From the human T2T-CHM13v2.0 reference genome, Homo sapiens: a DNA stretch of 64,000 bases. The stretch is from the NCBI RefSeq assembly GCF_009914755.1, contig NC_060931.1; one strand, 5' to 3'. A program made the position numbers and the translations under genes. Of the stretch, positions 35,791 through 47,890 are shown piece after piece; the first letter of the stretch is position 1; each line of letters opens with the position of its first letter. The notes beneath the pieces were generated by a model. It worked only from the letters and a program-made list of their open reading frames with translations. It was not told the DNA's origin and searched no databases.

Positions 35791-37656
35791 ATTAAATGGA
35801 AAAATGAATTTCCTAATATAACAAGTAGCAAATAAATGGCATACTGCACTACAGCTTGTTGCTTTCAAGACTATCACTTCTACTGCTCCTTTGCCAGACT
35901 GTCATGTCTTTGCACCTGGTTTTGTTTAGGATTTTCAGTGACTAGCAGAAAACCTGGCACATAGCAGATGCTCACTAAATAACTACTTAATTAAGGAAAA
36001 AATAATTTCCAATAACTTATAAATAAAACCATATTTTCAATCTTACATAATTATTATTTTAAAGCTTTTTGTTATAAGGATAGATAAATATCATGACAGC
36101 AATTCTGGTCTTTATCTTATAGAAAGAAGGGACAAAAGCACATATTTTATATTAAACAAAGTACAAAATTATGAGGGCAAAATATCCAACTATCTCACTT
36201 CTCCCTATATTCTACTGCTATTTTGATCTAGACTGGAAGTTATATACTGGCAGCCTGTTGGTAAAACCCGGCCTGCAAATATATTTGTGTGGCCTTTCCA
36301 GTATTACAAAAAAATGTGAATTTGTTGTCATTGTTTTAATATCAGGGTATTACACATAAAAATTTGGATTTCCTGCTTTTCCTGAGTGTGTATGGGAAAG
36401 CTGAAGAATGGCAACATCAGACCTACATTCTCATAAAGCAACAATCAGAGAGAACTGAGTGACAGATGTCACTTATGGCAGAGTATGTGCTTTCCAGGTT
36501 ATCCGCTTCTCCATTGTCTTAACAGCCCTCAGGATGTGTGTTAGTTGCCAGTAAGTAATCAATGACATACTATTCTTTTTCTTCCAAACATCTTGCTTCA
36601 CTCATTTACTTTAGAGGGTGGTTCCTATGACCATTTCAGTTTCCAACCCTAGTCTAAAATGAAGGAGTACTGGTGTTCTGATTTATATTTTCTGGCCACT
36701 TTTGAAACTTATTTTCCCATATACTCCTACCCCATGAAGAATGACTGAAACTACTGACATGGAATTCTATCTGCACAGTGACTAGTAAGAATCCAGGGGC
36801 GGGGTGACAGCAAGCTTCTGTTTAGTCAGAAAAGTTACATGTTCACATACAGCCCCAAGTATCCAGAGAAACAGTCCCACTTACTTCTCTGCCCACCAGA
36901 CCCATACTAGATGACCACCATGGCAGATCTTATTCAGAGAATTGTAACCTCAGGGTGAATAGTACAGCCTGGTTTTCCAGAGCACTAGTCTCCAAAGTAG
37001 ACTGGAGTACCAGAAGAAAATATGTAAACTTCTATTTAGATCTACTTTCAGACTTAAATAAGGAATTGAAGCTTTATTGCAATTAATATACCACTGAAAC
37101 CCATGCTGGGCATGCACATCAGAAGGTCACATGTCAGTACAGCATGCTGGGTATCCTGAAGGTAAGGGGAATCTCATACATGGAAGGACAGACAGTGATA
37201 ACCTCATCTATTCTTTCACTTTTAGTGTTCATGCATTACAATGTGAGTGGGCCTGGATTTATGGAATAACTTGTCTAGTTTTAACCAAATCAACCTTCAC
37301 AAAATTGACCCATGGCTTTAAAATGTCTTCAAAGAAATAGATTGGTAACACACACACTCATGTATAAAAGAGAAAATGGAAGCATTCATACTACTCTATG
37401 ATTACAATCAACAGCCATATTACAAGGTAAAAACAGACTACTTAATCAGATCACAAGACGGTGGCACAACAATAAAAAATTATCAGAATAGTATCTGAAG
37501 CAAGGATTTAAAAATATAAACAAAATTTGCACTGAGTATATAATATACCTTAAGATACTAACTGACATAGTAAAACATGCATCTTAAGTTGTAGATGCAT
37601 ATTGTGGCTCTGTCCATAAAATTTTGCACTAATAGGAGTGCAAAAAAGACTCTGGA

Positions 37657-38258
<602 letters not shown>

Positions 38259-38849
38259 TAAAAAGAGTTTGGAGCCTTAACTTCTATTGCTAGACCATGC
38301 TAATTCTGAGGATTCTACTGGAGAATACTAGTATTCACCTGGTTTATGAGTGTTGTTTACACGTTTCTAGTTGCAGGATCTTCATTGCTATTTAATTTCA
38401 TCATTAATCTGAAATCATCTATTTAAATTTCTTTCTGTCCAAGGTTTAGTTTATCAAAGTGATAACTGAAATCTTCAAAAATAGATATAAAAGTATATTA
38501 TGTATGAGTGTTTACATGCAAAAGAAATGTATGCTGGTTTTAAGTCAAATGATCATTCAGCACTTAAAATGAAATATTATAGCACGTTTGCCTTTACAAT
38601 CAAAAGATTAGATGCCTAGAGCCAAGGTATGATTTTTATGAGTCAAAGTCCGAAATGTTTACTAAAGTTATTCATTTCAAAAAAGTATTGTTTTTGATGG
38701 TGGTATTTCAGTTTATTCCCACTGGGAAATAAAGTCAGTTACAAAGTGCTTCAGTTTCACTCTATCTCCCTTTGCTTCTAATGTACAATAGTAGAAAATT
38801 CTAAATAGCCTGCCAAGATAATTCCATAATCCTTAAAAATTTGGATTAT

Positions 38850-39580
<731 letters not shown>

Positions 39581-40189
39581 ATTTTTAAAAATTTAAAATA
39601 TAATTTATATTTTTAAAAATAGAAATCATTTTCTAATTGCTCTACTATTTTCATGTCTTCTGGAGTGAATCAATATCCTGATTGTTGATCTGGCTGGCTG
39701 TCTTGAAGTAAGCCTGTCACTCTGTGGAAAACTGACAGCATTTGTTGCCACTGACATAATTTGAATTTTTAAGTAAAAATTAGTTTTCTTCATGCGTTTT
39801 AGGATATTTGATATAGGCTCAACTTGATTGTCCCCTCCTGCTTCTATCCCTGTCTAGCGGCTTTATGGTCATGGTCATTTCTGCTTGGCCTTCTGAGTCC
39901 CCTGGTCCACAAACACACCTTATGATGGGACCCCCAAACCACCAACATAAGTGAACATACACGTTATCACAAATCCAGACCTTAAGCCTGCAAGTAGATT
40001 GGTCCAGGTCTTGAGAGGCTATATATATCTCTTTATTTCTACACTTTTAAGTACTCAGCTCTATTTAAGTCGTAAATCCAGATAGTTGGTTGAGCTTTCT
40101 CCAGATTTATTAATAATTACCAAATTTGGGAATAGTCTTTCTCCCTGCCGTATTTTCTGTTCTGTTTCTGGTCCCCAGTGGTGTTTACC

Positions 40190-40650
40190 TCATCAATTCT
40201 CAATGCGTGGTCTGTGGACCCCTGAAAGCTCCCAAGGCTCTTTCAGGAGTTCATGAAGGTAAAACATTTTCCTAACGATACTAAGACATTATTTGCCTTT
40301 TACACTGTGCTGACATTTGTACTGATGAAGCAGATAAACTGGTGGGGAAAACTGCCGGGTTTAATAAGAATCAGGAAGAATACCAAACTCTATTTCACTG
40401 CCACATACTTGCAGTTAAAAACAAAAAACCAAAAACAAAAAAGAACAAAAAACCCCCACCAGTTTTACTTAAGAATGTCTGATGAAGCAGTAAAAATTTT
40501 ATTAAACCTTGACCCTTGAGTTCTCTTGTCAGTAGGATAAAATGGGAAATGCAAATAAAGACTTTTGTTGCATACCAAATACAATGGTTGTCTCCAGAGA
40601 ATGCATTTAAGCAACTGAGTTGTAAGCTGAACTAGTGGCTTTTTTTTGTA
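40190..40650 (+). mobile_element. Charlie1-like hAT fragment
   Basis: gtggtctgtggacccctg...gatactaagacattatttgcc... Confidence 0.65.
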
Positions 40651-40659
40651 ACCACCAAA

Positions 40660-41960
40660 TTTCTCCCATCTTCACAGTCAAACAGCGGTTTATGCTGTCT
40701 TCACTTTCTTACCACACATTCATTCAGCCTACTAAAATCTGGCTTTTTGATTTTACTGAAACTGCTCTTGCTAACTAGTCCTTATTTTATTAACTAGTCC
40801 TTATTTTACTTTACCATTCTATTGCACCTTACGTTTTGGGGTACTCTTTTCTTGAAATTCTAATAGTGATGCCAAGGCATTATTTCCCTCAATTTTCCTA
40901 ACCATTCCTTCTCTCCTTTGCAGGCAGATATCTGCTATATCTGCAGCCCAAACTCATATTTTAAATTCTAGATCCATATATATAGCTGTATCCTATAGGA
41001 TACCTCCAAAAGATCTAAAGAGACCACAAACTCAATACATCTGAAACCTTTGACTTCCCATAAAATCTGCTCCTCCTCCTCTTAATGACATTACCTTGAA
41101 TATGCTAATGGCAACGAAGTCAGAAAGACAGCAGTCATCTTAGGGTCCTCCCTCTTTGTTACCTTCCATATATATTCTAATTTGTAACCCCCTTTTGTAA
41201 ACCCCTTCAGTCCTACTGAAACTAATTTTAGGCCCTCATAATTCCTCAATCAACAGATTTCCCTTCCTCCAATTCTAGCCTTTCCAATTCATCCTTTTAG
41301 AAATTTTCATTTTGTCGGCAGTTAGAGGGATGGATTGGAAAGGTCAGAATTGGAGGGAGAAATCGATTGATTGAGGAATTATGAGTGCCTAAAATTAGTC
41401 GTATCATTGACTTGTTTAAAGCCTTTAAGTTCCCATCCCCTATGGCAGGGATTCTGGGCTTGAATGGAATAAACACTCCAATATTCCATACCCTGCACAT
41501 ATGCATTTTCCTAAGGAAAGGGCCCAGATTCCCAAAGATTAACCCCAGAAGCAGCCGACCTCTGAAATCTTTTCAGAACAATCTCAAACCGTACCCTCCA
41601 ACCTAGCATATATTCCAACTAACCCCCAATTACTTTTAAGTTCTCATACAGGGTTATGCTGCTTCAACATTTCCTTCCACTGAACATAAGATTCCTTCTG
41701 CCTAGAAAGCCACTCCCCAAGTGAACCAGTACCCATCCTTCAAGTGTTCTCTCAGCTATGAAGTCCTCCCTAGTTCCTCCAAGCAAATGCTCTCTCCCTC
41801 ATTTCTTCTACTATTCTTTGCATACACCTTTATCACAGTTTATTACATGGCATTTTTGTATTTTGTATGTCCTTCATCCTTAATAGATCATGAGAAAAAG
41901 ACCATGTTTTATTCATGTGGTATGCTAGTGTTTAGTACAGATCTGGTATAAAATAGTCAA
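40660..41960 (+). mobile_element. Degenerate L2 fragment hosting the inverted repeat
   Basis: actgaaactgctcttgctaa, aaactcaatacatctgaaac, ttccttctgcctagaa motifs; boundaries approximate. Confidence 0.6.
41221..41399. repeat. Long imperfect inverted repeat (arms 41221-41300 and 41322-41399, 21-nt loop)
   Basis: Hand alignment: 68 Watson-Crick pairs, 6 G-U (+ strand), 4 mismatches, one 2-nt bulge. Confidence 0.95.
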
Positions 41961-43533
41961 ATATTTACCACACCATTAACAATGTGTAGTCTTTTCATAA
42001 AAGGCTCTCCTGTGTAATAACAAGCTGTTCAAACTGAAAGTATTTCTGTAAGATGCTTAAAAAGGGATATTTTTCAAAATACATCAAAACACGAATGAAC
42101 TTATCACTAGTGCTTGAAATATTAAGGAAAAAGCTAAGTCTACAGTTGTTTAAAAACTTGACAAAAAATATAAGCACAGATATAAACAACTGCCTCTTCA
42201 TTTAAGTGGAAATCTAAATTATTAGTTATACATTTAATTATAATCCTCAATGAGACTAAATCTAGATATAAGACTTTCTTAACGTTCATATTTGATTAGC
42301 CTCGTTAATGAGATTTTCCTCTTGCAATTTTTAAATGCTTTAATCATGGTTTTCTTTATACTTAAATCTGGACTTAGGTTTAAAAAAATCAAGTATATTT
42401 ATTTATGCGTCTTTCAAGTAGTCATTTGTGTGAAGTCAGCACTACTTCAGTTTTCAGAAAACACACAAAATGTTCAGTGAATGGTGAAATTGCCTAACCC
42501 CTTGCGCGGTTACAATGGTCCAAGTAGGAAATCACATTAGGTACCCATCAGAGAAACTGAGTTTCTACGCTGCTTTTAAAAACATCCTCGGTAGGTTATT
42601 TAGAACAGGAAATTGAAAGTTCTTATTCTTCTTCACCACTCTATCACTAAGGAAAAGGGCGAAAAAGCTATGGATGTAAATGCTGCTGTCTATAAACACA
42701 ACTTGCCTGCAGAAATATGTAGTGGGCCACGAAGTTTGAAGGAAGCCCGCAGTGCCTGGTATATTCACCAACTCCTCCAAGTAACTGATCATTGCCAAGG
42801 TCGAATTAATAAGCGTTCTTTGATGTTAATGATTGTGAGTGTTCTCAGGAAAGGACTAAAAGCTGACTTTCTAAACAGGATGTTGTTTGGAAATACCCCA
42901 AACAAACTCGATGTCCATTCCTAACGTGTTATTAAGTGAACCGATCTGACTCGATGCGTTTTGTTAAAAGGACTTTCTTTAGTTTCCCTGGCCCACAGTT
43001 TATTTTTTTACTATTTTTAACTCGGAGCCCATCTTAAAAACAAATTAAGAACGGAATGCTCGCCAAATCACGTCTACAAGACAAAATCGGCTTCCCAGGG
43101 AGCTAGACCTCGAGTGGGCACCGGCAGGGACGTAACCGCTGAGCCTCTCCGCAGAGCGCGACGCCGGCCGCCGGGTTTCGGTTAGACCGCAGCAGGAAGT
43201 TTTCCCTTCCTCTGCGGGAGGCAGTGGAGCCAAGGGGAAATTTGAACTCCCACTCCACGGGGACACCCAGAGGGGAGCTCCGGTGTGGGAGGGTGGCTCC
43301 CCTGGGAGCCAGGCGGCCGAGGAGCTCGTGATTCGACGCCCGCCGCGGCGTCTCCGCCCCGCGCGGCCCAGGCCGCGGCCTCCCTGCCCTCCCTGCCGTC
43401 CACTCCCAGTCCCGGGGCGGCGGCCTCAAAGCCCGCGCGGCAGGGCTGCGTCCCGGCTCGCAGGTCCCCGTCTCCCCGCCTAGGGCGCCGCGCCGAGCGG
43501 CAGGCGGGCCTGGCCGGCGCGGGCTGCACTCAC

Positions 43534-43605
43534 CCACTCGAGGACCTTGATGAAGCCGAGTGGCTCCTTGAGCGGGTTGAGGTTGATCTGGAAGCCGGAC
43601 ATCCT
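43534..43605 (-). CDS. SYPL1: SYPL1 coding exon 2 (RMSGFQINLNPLKEPLGFIKVLEW); contains the second ATG at 43600-43602 (short 241-aa isoform)
   Basis: Polypyrimidine tract plus CAG acceptor; TGG|GTGAGT donor; KEPLGFIKVLEW is the synaptophysin/MARVEL family signature. Confidence 0.97.
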
Positions 43606-43872
43606 CTGAGGAAAGGAGGGAGAGAGAGTCAGGACGACGGGGCGGAGGAGGGGACCGACGAGACCAGAGCAGCCCGGTGGCGAGGAAGGGCAGGCGGGGC
43701 TGGCGCGCTGGCCGGGCTCGGAGGCGGGCCCGGGCGGCCGTGGGGCGGGGCGGGGCGGAGCGGCGGCGGTTGAGCTGCTGGCTGAGACTCTGGGGCGGAA
43801 ACGGAGTGGGGCGGCTGGGGAGGCGAGGGGCGGGCCGGGGCGGAGACCGGGAGGCTTCTCCTCAGGCCGCAC

Positions 43873-43923
43873 CTGGCCGAGTCGACTGATCCGCTGGCGA
43901 ACCAAGTAGATGTTGGGCGCCAT
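43873..43923 (-). CDS. SYPL1: SYPL1 coding exon 1 (long isoform, MAPNIYLVRQRISRLGQ)
   Basis: ATG (cat at 43921-43923) in strong Kozak context (A at -3, G at +4); 17 codons; donor CAG|GTGCGG at 43872; matches the recalled human SYPL1 N-terminus. Confidence 0.92.
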
Positions 43924-44968
43924 ACTGCGTGCGCCGCGCCCCCTTCCCTGCGGTTCAGCCCCTGGCACTCGGTCTTCCCCTGCGCACGCGTGTACGCGTG
44001 CGCTCGTTGGGCCCGCGCCGCGCTTCCGGACCCGCGCGACTGCGAAGAGCCCTGACCCGGGGGCGCCCACGCCCGCTCCTGCGCAGCTTGGGGGCGCTGG
44101 CCTCAGAGACACCCTCACTTGACCCCGAGCTCACCACAGCTGAGCTCACTACACCGAAGCTGACCTCTCCTTCCCTTAACAGATCTCAACTTTTTTATGA
44201 ATTTATAATGTATTGGCACAGATGAAGTTGTGTTTCAAGGCATGTGTTAGGGGCCTTTGATTAAAATTGCAAAACAACAGACTTCTGGCTACCGTGCTGT
44301 GGGGTGCCTCGAAAGTGTGAATCACCAAATATTCGTATGGAAATTAGGTTTATTTTCAAAGTTACCATCGCAGCCATGGTTGAAAAATGAAGTAAGTTTA
44401 TACCTAAAAGGAAAGGCGTGGCCGGACAGGCCCTCGGTGACCTACACTTTCACCTCTTCTACGCTGTCGGTCGACAGTCCTCTTTTTAAGGCATCGTTGG
44501 TATCTTTCTTCAAGAAGCTGACCCCTTTAAGATTCGGCTTAGGTGATACTTTCCTGTTGGCACGCAGTTACGGGAGCCCCAAGGTAGTGTGATCTCCTTC
44601 CTGGCTTCTTCAGTACCTGGAAAGTTCCTGGACAGCTGGAATGTGGTCATATTCGTGTATATGAAAAACCAGCTTCCAAGGACTTACCTGAATTTCAAGC
44701 ACGAATATGATTTGCAGGCTACTTGCCACTGAGGTTATTCCGTCAGGGTTGACAACTGTTATTGAACGTCCTTGTAGTAAGCGAACCCTTTCTCTTTCGA
44801 GACCTATCTCCTTGTTTGCTGTCCAGAGAGTGCAAAAAATACATTTCATTTTCTATGCAGACAGAGACAATCTTTATGTTTATCTTGGCTCCCGTTCCTC
44901 AGTCCCCAGCACAGTCAGTGCTCAATGAGCACCTAATGGCATATCTCATTTTGAAATAACATTAAGAA

Positions 44969-45194
44969 CTGGGCGCGGTGGCTCACGCCTGTAATCCCAG
45001 CACTTTGGGAGGCCGAGGCCGGCGGATCGTGAGGTCAGGAGTTCAAGACCAACCTGGCTAACATGGTGAAACCCCGTCTCTTATAAAGATACCAAAAAAA
45101 TTAGCCTGACGTGGTAGCACGCGCCTGTCATCCCAGCTACTCAGGAGGCTGAGGCAGGAGAATCGCTTGAACCGGGAGGTGGGGGGGTTGCAGC
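44969..45194 (+). mobile_element. 3'-truncated Alu (no A-tail), CpG-rich
   Basis: Alu consensus stops abruptly after ggttgcag. Confidence 0.88.
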
Positions 45195-45544
45195 GGGTTC
45201 CTAATGGATGGTTGCAGATTTCTCCCACTAAGCAACAAAGCATCATAGATACCCCTTAGGGCTAGGTGAGTGGAAGGTGACCATACACTGCTACCTGGTG
45301 CGTCTGAGACCACGATGAGCGGTGCTCCAGGTCTTCCAGCTTCCTCTCTCTCCTTTTTTTTCTACTTTGTTTCTGTATCTTCCTCTCAGTACTTCTCTTT
45401 TTGTTCTCTTTAGCCCGTTTTTCTAAGCTTTTACTCTCATTCTGTTGCGGTCTTCTGGGTAGGCACCTGGGGACGGAGTAGTGAATAGTAAGACTATTTA
45501 GCTTGAGCTTCATATTCACGAATATTCAAATTAGACTCTTAATG

Positions 45545-45847
45545 TTATTATTATTATTTTTTTTTTTTGAGACAGTCTTGCCCCGTCACCCAGGCTGGAG
45601 TGCAATGGCGTGATCTCAGCTCACTGCAACCTCTGCACCCCCGGGTTCAAGCGATTCTCCTGCCTCAGCCTCCCGAGTAGCTGGGATTACAGGCACGTAC
45701 CACCACGTCCGGCTAATTTTTTTGTATCTTTATTAGAGACGGGGTTTCACTATGTTGGCCAGGTTGGTCTTGAACTCCTGACCTCATGATCCGCCACCTC
45801 GGCCTCCCAAAGTGCTGGGATTACAGGCGTGAGCCACCGCGCCCAGC
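45545..45847 (-). mobile_element. AluS
   Basis: TSD ctcttaatgttatt. Confidence 0.9.
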
Positions 45848-47438
45848 TCTTAATGTTATTTCAAAATGAGATATGCCTTGACAGATTAGAGATATGTTCA
45901 CATGCAGCTTTATTAATTAAAGATCTAAAACATACCATGACTTAGTAAACCAATATTGGCATCTCTTCTTCTTTTTGTTTATTGAAGGCCTTAGAAATTG
46001 GAATTGGCCAGGCCCTTTCTCAACTTCCGCGCTAAACTTTCTGTTGCTTCTGTCTGCCTCTCCTCACTTTCTCTCCTGCTTCTTGTTCAAGCCCACCAGT
46101 GGAAGGCATGGTGGTTACATTTCCTCAGGAAACCTTCAGTGCTAGAGTAACTCCTTGAACTTTAAGAAGGTTCCTTCCTTGGCCCTGTGGCACTCGATTT
46201 TAAAGATGGAGACCACCGAGGGTGAGCAGAACCACATCTGGTCACTTATCAGAACTCATTCGCAGAATCTCTCTTGAGCAGAAGGAAACAGAAGTGAGCC
46301 GCCACTGCTCACCTTCAGTCACAGCCTAGCACTGCTTCTGCCAGTCAGCTGAGCTCAGGGGCCTACCTTCCTGAGAAGGAACTGGCCGTGACTGGCAGAG
46401 CCAGTGAGATCTGATTGGGCAACAAGATAATTGTGATTTTTTTTTAAATCCTCCTCAAACAAAAGTGTTTAAACAATAGCATCTCATTGAAGGCACAACT
46501 GTTCAAAATCTGGGAAGAATGTTCAGATGACTGTATCACATTGACTACAACACTGGTCATTTTCTGATTTGTTCCTCAAATCTGAGGAAAGAGCCAGATG
46601 CTCTGGGAACAACATGTTCCAGGTCTACTCTACCAGGGCTATTTGGAAAAGAATCCCTGTAATATAAAATGGTTCTGTCTATCTGAGGTAGTATTATTGA
46701 GCTTTATCTGTGGTGGTATAATTATGGCTAAGTTACCTAAATAATTTGTCATTGTTTTACTTTCTCTCTGTGGCTTTGAACACATGTGCCAGACTGTGAC
46801 ACTTGGGATTTAGGAATGCTCAGAAGGCCAGAAAGGAAACTATATTTAGTCAACCATATATTAACTATATTAGACATCTCATTGGCTAACTATAATATTT
46901 TTTGTTTTTCTCAATGGGAATACAAAGTTTTGGTCATCTTATTGGCAAGATGAGACTTTGTAACTCATTCCCAACCAATATTTATCTCCTTTTCTGAAAA
47001 GATATTGTTTAATACCAAATTCAAAACCTGACTTTTGCTTATAAACACAAATAGGTGTTTTGTTTTCGCTAATGAATTCAATAATCATTTTAGAAAAATT
47101 TTAAGATAACCAAATTTATTTAAATTGTACAATAGATGGATTTAATAGGCTCAGTAAATTAATCTCAAAGTAATCTGAGGCCTCTTAAACTTTTCATTTT
47201 AAAACATATTTTGATTTATGAATTGCAAAGTACAAAGAGTTCTGTATACACTTCACCCAGTTTCCCCTAATGTTAACATCTTCTATAACCATCATACATT
47301 TGTCAAAACAAAAAAAATTAGTATTGATGTGTTACTACTGACTAAACTAAAGAATTTTTCAAACTTCATCAGTTGTCCACTAATGTCTTTTTTACTCCCC
47401 CAGGATCCAATCCAGGAAACCACATTTAATGTAATGAG

Positions 47439-47890
47439 TGTCACAGGTGATCAGAAACTATCTGGGGCCAGTGGTACAGGCAGTAAGAAGAATTTACCAA
47501 GACAGTCGTAGGTAAAGAAAGGCAGATTTATTTGAGAACGTAGGAAAATGTATTGCAAGGGTGCAACAGGCAGGTCAGCGAAAGAGGAGCTGACTGCAAA
47601 GAGTCAAAAGCTTGCTAGGGATTTTATAGGATGGTGCTTGTGCTCTGCGCTTGAAGAAGACTTTGTGCAGTATTGGTAATGCCGAGGTTGCAGTGAGCTA
47701 ACTTGCATTTTTCTGTCAGCCAAGAGTCAGGTGGTAGCTCGGCACAGGAAGATTGTGAGTGATTTACACATGAGGGCTATGTGTCCTGGACCATGAAGAA
47801 AGGCAGACTTATAGCTTATCTATCTGCTTTCTCGTTTTGCTTTCCCCTGGTCCTGCCAGCCTGACTCCTTCTCCTGAATTAGGACTCTAC
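47439..47890 (-). mobile_element. ERV1-class 3' LTR (MER83/MER84-like)
   Basis: Minus-strand sequence ends in ...TGACA; AATAAA (tttatt ~47527); purine-rich PPT-like tract adjacent at ~47891-47905; lies directly downstream of the env remnant. Confidence 0.75.

Larger units (their letters stand above)
43090..44160. promoter_or_regulatory. CpG island / SYPL1 promoter
   Basis: Very GC- and CpG-rich; overlapping GC boxes GGGGCGGGGCGGGGCGG at 43742-43758; NRF1-like TGCGCACGCG at 43981-43990; ETS/GABP-like CTTCCGG at 44023-44029; no TATA box. Confidence 0.93.

Noticed and set aside
43045-44225. Many overlapping GC-rich ORFs on both strands
   Set aside because: Expected from stop-codon scarcity in a CpG island; only the SYPL1 frame has family motifs and splice support
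45262-45519. 85-aa Lys/Arg-rich ORF
   Set aside because: Composition arises from the complementary pyrimidine tract; no recognisable homology
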